IMG/VR virus record: IMGVR_UViG_3300008255_000071
Location: 1 to 37,116 of that record
Source of the DNA: a virus
Taxonomy: Duplodnaviria > Caudoviricetes
Length of the DNA stretch: 37,116 nucleotides
Direction: 5' to 3' (one strand)
The translations under genes and the position numbers were made by a program. Under the pieces are notes generated by a model. The model did not search any database. It had not been told where the DNA came from and was given only the letters and a program-made list of their open reading frames with translations. Each line of letters opens with the position of its first letter. The first letter of the stretch is position 1. Below are positions 24,217-33,301 of the stretch, in pieces.

Positions 24217-24900
24217 ATGAAGAAAATCCCTACGAAAAAAAAACGAGTCGTGCTTCGTTCACGAGGCCCATTTAAGCTTGGCGAAGAAACCACTAAAACT
24301 CCAATCACCAGAATCCCGCGCAGATATCCAAAGCCTACGGAAAAGAAAAAGAACGCCGCAACCAAGAAGAAGGAAAGACTACAGAGCTTAGAGAAGGAAG
24401 AGATACAGAAGGGAAGCGCGGCCGCGGGAGCGGAGAACCAGGAGCTTACGAAGTCTGGAAGGGTCCCTGGATCTATCCTGAAGAATGCGAAGCACGAATT
24501 GTTTTGTCAGTTGTGGGCGTCGCACGAAGAGTTTTTTGGCAACGGAGTGAGGAGTTATGCGCAGGTGTATGATTTATATCTTGGCGATCCGGCTGAATAT
24601 GCGACAGCGAAATCGAACGCGGCGCGCTTGCTAACAAACGCTGTCGTCCTTGAGCGCATAGAAGAGCTAATGGATATCCTTGTGAACGACGCCGTTGTCG
24701 ACAAAGAGCTAGGGACTGTAATCAAGCAGAATGCTGACTTTTCTAGCAAGGTGTCGGCAATCCGAGAATACAACCGAGTCAAAGGGCGAATCACGAATAA
24801 GGTGAAGCATTCCGGCTCAGTCGCAACTGAAGTGAGCGACGATCAGTTCGGGCGGATTGTGGAGCAGGCGTCTAAACAAATTAACAAAGAAAAGAAATGA
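24217..24900 (+). CDS. terS: Terminase small subunit with basic N-terminal extension
   Basis: KHELFCQLW...GNGVRSYAQVY...AKSNAARLLTNAVVLERIEEL; upstream of terL. Confidence 0.8.
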   Translation: MKKIPTKKKRVVLRSRGPFKLGEETTKTPITRIPRRYPKPTEKKKNAATKKKERLQSLEKEEIQKGSAAAGAENQELTKSGRVPGSILKNAKHELFCQLWASHEEFFGNGVRSYAQVYDLYLGDPAEYATAKSNAARLLTNAVVLERIEELMDILVNDAVVDKELGTVIKQNADFSSKVSAIREYNRVKGRITNKVKHSGSVATEVSDDQFGRIVEQASKQINKEKK

Positions 24901-25118
24901 GTATGCCCCCCTTCAATCCCCTCCAGTCATTCAAGCTTGGGGACCAAGTAAAGTTTCGAGTCGGCGAACAGGAGTTTGAGGGCATCGTGACTGAGCTACA
25001 GCCAACATGGTTTTTGATTGGCCATATCGAGGACGCCGAGAATCCTTTACGCCGGAATATATTCTATAAAGCCAAAGACTACGGCAAGATCTCTCACGTT
25101 GTGATTGTTAAAAAATAA
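24897..25118 (+). CDS. Small beta-barrel (SH3/KOW-like) hypothetical protein
   Basis: FKLGDQVKF...FEGIVTEL; ATGA overlap. Confidence 0.6.
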   Translation: MSMPPFNPLQSFKLGDQVKFRVGEQEFEGIVTELQPTWFLIGHIEDAENPLRRNIFYKAKDYGKISHVVIVKK

Positions 25119-25129
25119 CAACAACGCTA

Positions 25130-25525
25130 ATGATCATCAAGAACGAATACCCGCCGAACATTGAGGACATTAAGAGTCGCTTTGAGATTGCGCCAACTGT
25201 GGTCTTTACCTATGGCGACGTGATCTATAATCCATCCGGAAAAGAATTGCCCCAACACTTGATTGAGCACGAGAGCACGCACAGAGTGCAACAACTGGCT
25301 TATCCGGGCGGCCCGGACGCTTGGTGGGCCGAGTATTTAATCAATCAAAGCTTCCGGTTGCAAGAAGAGGTCGAGGCGTATCGCGTGCAGTGGGATTTTA
25401 TCTTGGCGTTTTGTAACCGCCGGGACCGCCGGGCATTGTACGCGCAGATCACTAAGGATCTAAGCAGTAAAATCTATGGCAGTATGTGCTCAGCCAAAGA
25501 AGCGCAAGACTTAATATGCCCCTAA
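25130..25525 (+). CDS. Small zincin-like HExxH metallopeptidase
   Basis: FTYGDVIYNP, LIEHESTHRVQQ, EEVEAYRVQ. Confidence 0.7.
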   Translation: MIIKNEYPPNIEDIKSRFEIAPTVVFTYGDVIYNPSGKELPQHLIEHESTHRVQQLAYPGGPDAWWAEYLINQSFRLQEEVEAYRVQWDFILAFCNRRDRRALYAQITKDLSSKIYGSMCSAKEAQDLICP

Positions 25526-27003
25526 CCGAAGAACAAAGAGTCGTTGTCAATGGCGCCGCGCAGCGGTACCTGGACTCTTTTTGTTTGGCTGTGGACCAGA
25601 AGTATCGAGTCAACTGGCACCACGAGATTATCGCAAGAGCCTTAGAACGCGCCTTGAAACGAGCTGTCGCGAACCAGAAGACTAGAATCATCATCGAAAT
25701 GCCGCCACGACACGGCAAGAGCGAGCTGGCTAGTATCAAGTGGCCGGCATGGGCTTTGGGCCAATACCCGGACTTACCAATCATCACCTGCTCTTACAGT
25801 GCTGATCTAGCTGTTAAATTTGGCCTCTCAACACGCGATACTATGCTGGAGGAGAACTATCAAGACATCTTCCCGCAAACGCGCCTGAGGGCTGACCAGA
25901 GGGCAAAGGGACGGTGGCTGACTGACAAGGGCGGTAGTTATATCGCCGCCGGTGTGGGTGGTGGTATCACCGGACGAGGCTTTAAGCTTGGAATCATCGA
26001 CGATCCTTTCAAGAACCGAGAAGAGGCGAACAGCTCTACCATCCGCGAGAAGGTGTGGGACTGGTACACTTCCACGTTTTACACCCGGCAAGAAGGCTAT
26101 GGAGCGATTGTGGTAATTATGACACGGTGGCACAAGGACGATTTGGTCGGCCGACTGTTGGCCAAAGAAGAAGAGGATCGAGCGGCCGGCGCAGAAGAGT
26201 TCGACGAGTGGGAGGTGATTCGTTTTCCTGCCATTGCTGAAGAAGACGAAGAGCTTCGCAAGTTAGGCGAAGCATTGTGGCCGGAGCGACTGAGCTTGCC
26301 CATGCTTAAGAACACGCGCCAAGCTCTTGGGATCTTTGAGTGGTCCGCGCTGTATCAGCAGTCACCAATCACTAGTGAGATCCAAGAGTTTCAAGAAGAG
26401 TGGTTTAAGACTTACGACCCTGGAATTCTGCTGACGCTCCCGCAGTTACAATACTTCACGCTGGTGGACTTAGGTCATAAAGACCGCAAGGAGAAGAAGG
26501 ACAAGAAGGAGCCGGACAAGACCGTGGTGCGTACCATAGCCAAACCAAGGGGATTGCCTCACTGGTATATGATCGATGAGTCGGCCGGGATCTGGGACCC
26601 GGGCCAGACTCTAGACGCTATCTTCACTCACCAGAAGCTTTACAATTCTCAGGTGTGGGTTGAAGGTGTTGGCTATCAGCGCGCCTTGGAGTACTTCGCT
26701 AGAGAGAAGATGGCTCGCGATGGGCAGATATTCATCATCAACCTACTCAAGCGCAACAACACCACAGCCAAGAGCGAGCGCGTCCGGGGGCTGATACCCC
26801 TGGCCAAGAACGGATTCCTGCTGGTCCGTGCTGACGGCAGTGACAAGCCAATGATCCGGGAGGCGATAGACTTCCCGCAAGGCACGTTTGACGACCGCAT
26901 TGACTGTTTGGCTAACGGTCTGGAAGCGATTGCCACGACCGCTCCGCCAAAGAAAGCATCCGGCAATAAGAACCGTGCGCCGATGAGCGAGTACGGGGGT
27001 TAG
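25516..27003 (+). CDS. terL: Terminase large subunit
   Basis: MPPRHGKS (Walker A), ITGRGF..GIIDDPFK (Walker B), MTRWH.DDL, ALYQQSP, nuclease VDLG...DDRID; ATG 25516 preferred. Confidence 0.95.
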   Translation: MPLTEEQRVVVNGAAQRYLDSFCLAVDQKYRVNWHHEIIARALERALKRAVANQKTRIIIEMPPRHGKSELASIKWPAWALGQYPDLPIITCSYSADLAVKFGLSTRDTMLEENYQDIFPQTRLRADQRAKGRWLTDKGGSYIAAGVGGGITGRGFKLGIIDDPFKNREEANSSTIREKVWDWYTSTFYTRQEGYGAIVVIMTRWHKDDLVGRLLAKEEEDRAAGAEEFDEWEVIRFPAIAEEDEELRKLGEALWPERLSLPMLKNTRQALGIFEWSALYQQSPITSEIQEFQEEWFKTYDPGILLTLPQLQYFTLVDLGHKDRKEKKDKKEPDKTVVRTIAKPRGLPHWYMIDESAGIWDPGQTLDAIFTHQKLYNSQVWVEGVGYQRALEYFAREKMARDGQIFIINLLKRNNTTAKSERVRGLIPLAKNGFLLVRADGSDKPMIREAIDFPQGTFDDRIDCLANGLEAIATTAPPKKASGNKNRAPMSEYGG

Positions 27004-27018
27004 TATTTAATTAACAGG

Positions 27019-27067
27019 TTATCCACAGCCATTTTAACCAGACGGGCGGAATGGTTTGTGGTATAGT
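27019..27067 (+). promoter_or_regulatory. Perfect DnaA box plus extended -10 (TGgTATAGT), leaderless-type promoter of the portal operon
   Basis: TTATCCACA 27019-27027, TG 27059-27060, TATAGT 27062-27067, ATG at 27075. Confidence 0.6.
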
Positions 27068-27074
27068 AAAGCCA

Positions 27075-27242
27075 ATGAAGTGGATTCTACTCTTCGTACT
27101 ACCACTGCTTTTTCTTATCTACGCTCTATTTGCTATCTTCATCAGTCCACCATCCACGCCGGAGCCTTTTGCTGAAGAGCCGAGCGACATCGAAATAAAC
27201 ATCCAACCGGCTACTTATACTTCGCTAGAAGGTAAAGGGTAA
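27075..27242 (+). CDS. Small N-terminally anchored membrane protein
   Basis: MKWILLFVLPLLFLIYALFAIFI; ATG 27075 fits the promoter. Confidence 0.55.
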   Translation: MKWILLFVLPLLFLIYALFAIFISPPSTPEPFAEEPSDIEINIQPATYTSLEGKG

Positions 27243-27256
27243 ACTCAACATCGAGA

Positions 27257-29287
27257 ATGTACTCTAAAGAAATAGCAGACAAAAAGGCTTTACTGGCGGT
27301 GAAGCAAATCCAGGTAGCTGTTAAGGATCCAAAACGCCTGACGCGTCTTAAGAACACGGCCAAGAATGCCTTGGCTTATGAGAATGACACTACTCCGGCG
27401 CCGGCTGGCGAGTTTAGCTTCCCCGGCCTGGTGTATTCCGGGTTTGAAGACACGCTGGTGTCAAAGCTCAACGATCCAATCCGGATCATATTTGCAAAAC
27501 AAGAAGAGGCTGACTTGAAGAAGGCTAAGAAGGTCACGGGTGCGGCTGAGTTCTACAGTCAACCAGTCCGCGGCGCTTGGGAGATGAAAGACATTATGGG
27601 TAAGAAGGCCGCCGCGCGCGGTGGTTTTGCTATTTTTGAAAAGCACTCAGAGCAACGAGAGATCAATGGCAAGGATGTGTTTGTGGATGTGCTCCGTAAC
27701 GTGAAGGCAGAAGACTTCTACTGTCAAAGGGGCAAGGGCTGGGACCTAGAAACGCACGATTTCTTGGGAGAGTTTAATATCACACGGACCAAGAGCGAGC
27801 TGGAAAACGGCGTGAAGGCCGGGCTTTATGACGCAGGGCAGGTGGATCAGCTGATCGCCGCTTATGGTAAAGACAGCGGTCATAAATTCAATGAGTTCTT
27901 GCTTAACTCTAGTGGTAAGGATCCAATGCGCTACTTGGACGCAAGCGACGCTGACAACCAGACTGGCGAGCCAACCTATTCGCTTGTCGGTCACTTAATG
28001 CAATCAGAGGGTGAGCGTTCTTATTTGTTGCTTGACTACCGCTCCGGCATTTGGGTCCGGGCGGAGAACCTAGAAGAGATCTTAGAAAAACCGGCTGACG
28101 CGGTCGTACCGCTTTGGAATTACAAAGCTTGGCACACACACCCGGAAGCAGACAACTTTTGGACCAAGGCGCCTGGCGACGACGTCCGGCCGGTGCACGA
28201 GATGGTCAAGGTGCTGGTGAACCTGTCTATGCTCAACCTGAAGAAGCGAATCAAGGCGAAGCGAGCCATTGATCCAAACTTCTTCCCGGACGCGCGCGAG
28301 ATTGCTGACTCTGTCACTGAGGTGGTGGAGGCTAACTCTATTCCGGGTCGCTCGATGGGCGAAGGCGTGTATGAGTTTAAGACCGACGACAACACGTCGA
28401 TAATGGTGAACCTTGTCAACTTCGTGAATAACTTCTTAGGCGAGAAGACAGGCATTACACCGGGCGCTCAAGGTGCGGCAAGAGAGTCTACCGCCACGGT
28501 TTACGTCGGCAATATCGAGCAGGTGGCCAACCGGATGAATCTTTACAGTAAGTTCTATCAGCATTGCTGGGCGCAAATAGGCTTGCTTTTCTTCCTTGGA
28601 CTTAAGAAATCAATGACTGAGGAAATGTACGTGCGCGTGATGGGGACCAATGGCTATGAGTGGGATGAGCTCAAAGAGGCTGACGTCAATCCGATGCGCG
28701 ATTATGATATCCGTATTCAGGGCGGTGCTGAAGACGCGCAGAACACAGCCGTCACCAAGAAGGCCAAGAGTGAAGCGCTTGAAGCCGTGGCCGCCAAGTT
28801 TCCGCAGGTGGTCAACCCCCGCGAGTACGCAGAGCAACGTTTGCGCGCCGGTGATTGGGATGACGAAGAGATCAAGCTTATCCTTGACACTGACGTCTAT
28901 GGAAGCCGGGAGATCTTAGCTGAGGCCGCGCAAGCTATTCAGGATATTTGCGCCGGAGCAGAACCGAAAATAAACCGAAAGGCCAATGAAGCTTTTGTGA
29001 TGAAGATCATTGACTACGCTGACGACACCGAAGACCTAGAGCCGAATAAGCAGGAGCTCTTGTATGCCTATGCTTCGCTCCATATGGACGTTGTAGCCAA
29101 GAACGCAGCTCGCAGGGCCATTATGATGGCTTCGATGGCCGGACAGATCCCTGGGGCTCCTGTGGGCGCCTTGCCGCAACAACCCGCAGCCCCACAGACC
29201 GCCTTTCCATCCGGGGTCAACCCGCAGCAGAATCCTGGATTAGCAGCTAATGCGGCTACCTTGCCGCCAGCCCCAACCGGGCGCTAA
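27257..29287 (+). CDS. Portal protein (P22-like podovirus type)
   Basis: 676 aa after terL; EKTGITPGAQG...TAT...ANR, YDIRIQ, P/Q/A-rich tail. Confidence 0.8.
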   Translation: MYSKEIADKKALLAVKQIQVAVKDPKRLTRLKNTAKNALAYENDTTPAPAGEFSFPGLVYSGFEDTLVSKLNDPIRIIFAKQEEADLKKAKKVTGAAEFYSQPVRGAWEMKDIMGKKAAARGGFAIFEKHSEQREINGKDVFVDVLRNVKAEDFYCQRGKGWDLETHDFLGEFNITRTKSELENGVKAGLYDAGQVDQLIAAYGKDSGHKFNEFLLNSSGKDPMRYLDASDADNQTGEPTYSLVGHLMQSEGERSYLLLDYRSGIWVRAENLEEILEKPADAVVPLWNYKAWHTHPEADNFWTKAPGDDVRPVHEMVKVLVNLSMLNLKKRIKAKRAIDPNFFPDAREIADSVTEVVEANSIPGRSMGEGVYEFKTDDNTSIMVNLVNFVNNFLGEKTGITPGAQGAARESTATVYVGNIEQVANRMNLYSKFYQHCWAQIGLLFFLGLKKSMTEEMYVRVMGTNGYEWDELKEADVNPMRDYDIRIQGGAEDAQNTAVTKKAKSEALEAVAAKFPQVVNPREYAEQRLRAGDWDDEEIKLILDTDVYGSREILAEAAQAIQDICAGAEPKINRKANEAFVMKIIDYADDTEDLEPNKQELLYAYASLHMDVVAKNAARRAIMMASMAGQIPGAPVGALPQQPAAPQTAFPSGVNPQQNPGLAANAATLPPAPTGR

Positions 29288-29291
29288 CTAT

Positions 29292-29645
29292 ATGGCAGAT
29301 TTTGAAAAAATCAAAGACTACTTCGCCGACAGCGATCCGGATATCCGCAGCCAGATTATTGGTTTGGAAACTAAAATAAAGACGGCCAAGCTATACAACA
29401 ACCTGAAAGGGCACGACGCCGTGAAGATGATCTTGACTCAATGTGACGCTGCTCTCCACTACTACAACCTCTGGTTGCAAGAACAGGTGGTCAACACCGA
29501 AGCGGACAAGATTCAGCGCGCTCGCTTTATGGCCTATCGGGATTCGTTCGCTTGGATTCGCAAGCTCTTCACAGTAGAAAATAAACTAGCCAAAGACGAA
29601 GAAGCAGCCGCGGCGCTAGAGGCGCAAGCAGCCGCCGGCGAATAA
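29292..29645 (+). CDS. Helical hypothetical protein following the portal
   Basis: tATG 29292 after the portal stop. Confidence 0.7.
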   Translation: MADFEKIKDYFADSDPDIRSQIIGLETKIKTAKLYNNLKGHDAVKMILTQCDAALHYYNLWLQEQVVNTEADKIQRARFMAYRDSFAWIRKLFTVENKLAKDEEAAAALEAQAAAGE

Positions 29646-29650
29646 AAGAT

Positions 29651-30034
29651 ATGGGAAAAATACGCAAAAAACTTAAAGACGTTCTCGGCTTTGATACTCG
29701 TCAGGATATCCGGGAGCAGACCGAAGACACCAAGAAAAAAATCAGCACCTTTTTAGCTGATAACCCCAACCTAGTCGTGGCTGTGCTCGATCCGGTAACC
29801 GATGTGGTCGTGGTGGGCTTTCAAGACTTGCTGACCGCTAACCGAGTGGTAGCGAAATCCACAGGCAAGGCGAGTGGGATGATCGCTGATGTGCTACAAT
29901 ATAACAAAGAAGATGCGTCAACCGTAGACTCGATGAACCAACTTCTGCTGATCCTAGACGGATCCATTCACACAATCGCCAAACAGCTTGCCGAGAAAAC
30001 AAAGGTCGCTTATTCAATTAAAAAAGAAGACTAG
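29651..30034 (+). CDS. Hypothetical protein
   Basis: Tightly packed and co-oriented. Confidence 0.7.
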   Translation: MGKIRKKLKDVLGFDTRQDIREQTEDTKKKISTFLADNPNLVVAVLDPVTDVVVVGFQDLLTANRVVAKSTGKASGMIADVLQYNKEDASTVDSMNQLLLILDGSIHTIAKQLAEKTKVAYSIKKED

Positions 30035-30038
30035 ATTT

Positions 30039-30497
30039 ATGGGAACCAAAAAGAATAAAATCGTCGACGTAATGACGATTGACGAGCACGGCCGCGAGAA
30101 GATCTTGCGAACCTACAACAGCGCAGAGCTGAAGGCATCCGACGCTCCGATTCAGGACGCAGAAGAAGCAGCCAAGTCTTTCTGCACTGGCAACAAGGAG
30201 CACTTGACCTACGTGGTCCGGGGCAAGGGATCTGATGAGCCGGAGGACGAGGAGGAGGAAACCGACGAAGAAGAGGAAGATGAAGACAGCGACGAAGCCG
30301 AAGAAGACGAGGAGGAGGAGGAAACCGACGAGGTGGAGTCTTACGACGAGCTCTCCCAAAAGGAGTTGCGCGCCGAAGGTACTGCACGGGGCCTTACTCT
30401 ACCGAAGCCGGGATCTAAGGCTGACACCAAGAAGAACTTGATCAAACTCCTGGAAGACAGCGACACCGCTAGTGAAGCTGAAGAAGACGAAGCCTAA
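30039..30497 (+). CDS. Very acidic protein with C-terminal SAP/HeH/Rho-N-like bihelical motif
   Basis: Poly-E/D tract; YDELSQKELRAEGTARGL...KKNLIKLLEDSD; ATG 30039. Confidence 0.65.
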   Translation: MGTKKNKIVDVMTIDEHGREKILRTYNSAELKASDAPIQDAEEAAKSFCTGNKEHLTYVVRGKGSDEPEDEEEETDEEEEDEDSDEAEEDEEEEETDEVESYDELSQKELRAEGTARGLTLPKPGSKADTKKNLIKLLEDSDTASEAEEDEA

Positions 30498-30521
30498 CCT
30501 GTAAAGATCTTTTACAACTGA

Positions 30522-30664
30522 ACACAAACACCCTACGACGCGTTTGTGCTCGCAGTATCACTCAAGCCCCCTCGGCTTGCTGCAAGCGCCTATTCACATT
30601 CCTCGTAGGGTGTTGTGTCTAGGGGCTTGAGCGATATTGCGAGAACAATATCGCTTTTTGTTTT
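30522..30664 (+). promoter_or_regulatory. Structured leader with interleaved long stems and an overlapping intrinsic terminator (attenuator-like)
   Basis: 30522-30538 pairs 30603-30618; 30544-30570 pairs 30622-30648; terminator AGCGATATTG-cgagaa-CAATATCGCT-TTTTGTTTT. Confidence 0.65.
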
Positions 30665-30800
30665 GCCGGATCGCAATGCGCCACGCGCTAAAAGATTCGG
30701 CCGGAGGGTCGGATAAAACCTTCGTCACCAAAACGATTTTTCGAGTGGTTACTCGAGATTAAATACAAACGAACCCGGGCAAAAAAGCTCGATAGCAAAT

Positions 30801-31907
30801 ATGAATAGACCAATTAGACGATCGGAGCGGGAGCCACACGTGACCGATGCCGATATCGAAGTAGCGCTGAAGATGGAAGAGAAGGGCAGTGAGGTGCCAG
30901 ATTCTCTGAAGCCGGCGCTAGAGAAGTATAAAAAGGATAACCCAGACAAATTTCCAGCCGGCGATGAGCCGGACGGAGATGATCCAGCTACCCCGGAGGA
31001 TCCCTCGAAAGATTCCCCGGAATCAAAGCCGGAAGCGAAGCCAGACGAATCGAAGCCAACAGATCCCGGGACGGATTCTGATGAGGACGACGACGCTGGT
31101 GACGACGAAGGCGATGAGGAAGACGACGACGACGCTGGTGAGGATCCTGTCGGGTCCAAGAAAAAGCGACGTCCCGTCAGGTATATCCCAATTAAGGAGT
31201 ACAAGGACCAAAAGAAGAATTGGGCTACCCGGGAAGGTACGCTCGTTACGGAAGTTGATGGCCTGAAGAAAAAGATTGAGGAGTTGTCGGGATCTAAAGC
31301 CGACGACGATAAAAAAACTTTTGAAGAAAACCTGGAGCAAGTCGCCAACGAAACGGGATTTGCCAAAGGTGATTTGCAGAAGATCCTAGATCTTATCGAG
31401 AAGAAGGTGGCCTTGCCTGCGGATCTAGTCGAAAGACTAAAGAAACAGAGCGAGTCACCTGCCCCAGAGTCTACCCCCGCCGCGCCGGCCAAGAGCCAGG
31501 CAGAGCAAGAGAAGGAGATGATCGAGGCACAGGTCACAGAGTTCGAAAATGAGTTTACTACTGCGCTTGCAGAGCCGGGGGCAGATCCTGAAATGGCGAA
31601 GCACAAAAAGGCAATCCAACGCCTGGCCTTCACCAAGGGATTCACTACAAAATCTGTTTGGGAATTGTACACCCGCTTCGTGAAACCAAAGGCTGACAAA
31701 GCCAAGAAGGGGATTGACACTCCAGGATCTCAACCGGGATCAGGGAGCGGTGAGTCCGCTGACTTCGCTTCTTTGGCCGCTGATCCAGTCAAGCAACGAG
31801 AGTTCTTGCGCTCAGCGTCAATGGACGAGAAGGAGAAGTTCACGGAGTATATGGGACGCCAAAACGCGGGCAATCGTGTCCGTCGTGCCGGCAAGCCTAT
31901 CAATTAG
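30801..31907 (+). CDS. Capsid scaffolding protein
   Basis: Acidic disordered N-half, YIPIKEY + coiled coil, immediately upstream of the capsid gene. Confidence 0.75.
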   Translation: MNRPIRRSEREPHVTDADIEVALKMEEKGSEVPDSLKPALEKYKKDNPDKFPAGDEPDGDDPATPEDPSKDSPESKPEAKPDESKPTDPGTDSDEDDDAGDDEGDEEDDDDAGEDPVGSKKKRRPVRYIPIKEYKDQKKNWATREGTLVTEVDGLKKKIEELSGSKADDDKKTFEENLEQVANETGFAKGDLQKILDLIEKKVALPADLVERLKKQSESPAPESTPAAPAKSQAEQEKEMIEAQVTEFENEFTTALAEPGADPEMAKHKKAIQRLAFTKGFTTKSVWELYTRFVKPKADKAKKGIDTPGSQPGSGSGESADFASLAADPVKQREFLRSASMDEKEKFTEYMGRQNAGNRVRRAGKPIN

Positions 31908-31928
31908 AAATCCCAACGTAACACTTTC

Positions 31929-33248
31929 GTGGCTAACAACCTAGACAATTCTACATTCAAGGAGTATTACAGCTCCAGAATGCAGGTTACCCATCACAAA
32001 GTGGACGTGTTTCGTGCTATTTCCAACTTCGAGGAGCAGTCAAACCTCAAGGAAGGAGATACCGTAAACCGCCCGTACCGAAGTAAGATGGTCGGTCAGA
32101 CCTACACTCGGGGTACGGCGTTCACTGTTCGTGATATCTCGAAGACGAACGAGCAACTTGTCGTGCAAACGGCCAAGGTGGCTCCGTTCTACGTCGATGA
32201 TCTCGACGCCTTGCAGTCCCAGCATAACGATATGAATGACTTCGCGGACGATTCGGTTATCGTGTTGTCAAACATTATCGACGGCGATGTTCTCGGTGAG
32301 TACGATCAAGCTACTTCCACCGTCACGCCGGCTGATATCACCTCTGGTGGTAACAGCACTCACGGCATCACGATCACCACGAGCAACATTCAGCAGATCT
32401 TCTCCAAGGCGAAGATGAAGTTGACTCGCTTGAACGTGATCAACCCAGCTCGCGCGCCTAAAGTTCCGGAAGGAGCGATGCGCGGCAAGCAACAGCTTTT
32501 CGCGGTTATCTCCCCGGATGTTGAGGCTACTCTAACCGAGTACCTGGCCGGCAAAGAAAGCGCGATGGGCGACAGCACCAGTCTTTCCGGTCACATTGGT
32601 AAGTACTACAACTTCGATTTGTACGTTTCCAATGCCCTTGGCTGGAGTGGTGTGCTTGCGCTCGCTACCCAACCGACTGATGGCGACACCGTTACCATCA
32701 CTCGTGAAGGTGCGACCGTGACTTACACCTTTAAGGCCACCTTGGGCGCCACCGCTGGCAACATTCACATTGCCAGCACGGTTGACATCACTCGAGCAAA
32801 CTTCGCCGAGGCGATCAACAACCCGAGCGTGACTGAAACTGAGGACACTGACACTGGCTACGTGGCCCTTTCCGGCACCGTGGACAGCGAAGGATGGAGC
32901 AATCAAGACCGCTTGCGCGGAATTGTTGCCACCAACGACAACAGTGCCGACACCTTGACCATCAAGGCTGAGGGCGTTGGCTTCCTGATCGTGGGTGAAA
33001 CCTTGACTGACGCCACTGACGGCTGGACCGCGGCGCTGCAAAGTCAGCACTGCTTGTTCGGAGTCAAGGGCGCGATTGAGGTCGTGATCCAGAAGGAGCC
33101 GAGCGTGGAGGTCAAAGACGTACCGGACAAGATCGGCAAAAACATTGTCCCTTGGACCCTGTACGGCCTGAAGACTTTCAACGAAGGCAAAAAAATGCTG
33201 GTCGACGTTAAGGTCCGCACGGACGCGTACGCTGCCCCTAACTACTAA
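31929..33248 (+). CDS. Major capsid protein (HK97 fold, P22-coat-like) with inserted beta domain
   Basis: MANNL, EGDTVNRP, FYVDDLDALQS, AVISP, IGKYYNFDLYVSN, TLYGLK; GTG start. Confidence 0.85.
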   Translation: MANNLDNSTFKEYYSSRMQVTHHKVDVFRAISNFEEQSNLKEGDTVNRPYRSKMVGQTYTRGTAFTVRDISKTNEQLVVQTAKVAPFYVDDLDALQSQHNDMNDFADDSVIVLSNIIDGDVLGEYDQATSTVTPADITSGGNSTHGITITTSNIQQIFSKAKMKLTRLNVINPARAPKVPEGAMRGKQQLFAVISPDVEATLTEYLAGKESAMGDSTSLSGHIGKYYNFDLYVSNALGWSGVLALATQPTDGDTVTITREGATVTYTFKATLGATAGNIHIASTVDITRANFAEAINNPSVTETEDTDTGYVALSGTVDSEGWSNQDRLRGIVATNDNSADTLTIKAEGVGFLIVGETLTDATDGWTAALQSQHCLFGVKGAIEVVIQKEPSVEVKDVPDKIGKNIVPWTLYGLKTFNEGKKMLVDVKVRTDAYAAPNY

Positions 33249-33254
33249 CCGATA

Positions 33255-33287
33255 GCCTGGTGGGGCTCATAAAGGGCCTCACCGGGC
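33255..33287 (+). other. Hairpin directly after the capsid gene (stabiliser or weak terminator, no U-tract)
   Basis: GCCTGGTGGGGCTC-ataaa-GGGCCTCACCGGGC. Confidence 0.55.
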
Positions 33288-33301
33288 AGGTTCACAAACC
33301 T

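Noticed and set aside
30240-31145. Short direct repeats (GACGAGGAGGAGG..., GACGACGACGCTGGTGA) as possible CRISPR or iteron array
   Set aside because: Only two copies each, inside acidic coding tracts, without regular spacers
30749-31720. Long minus-strand ORF (323 aa), and similar ones at 8820-9620, 33292-33825, 35280-35942 and 36447-36995
   Set aside because: Antisense shadows of well-supported + strand genes; S/P/V-rich mirror composition and no motifs
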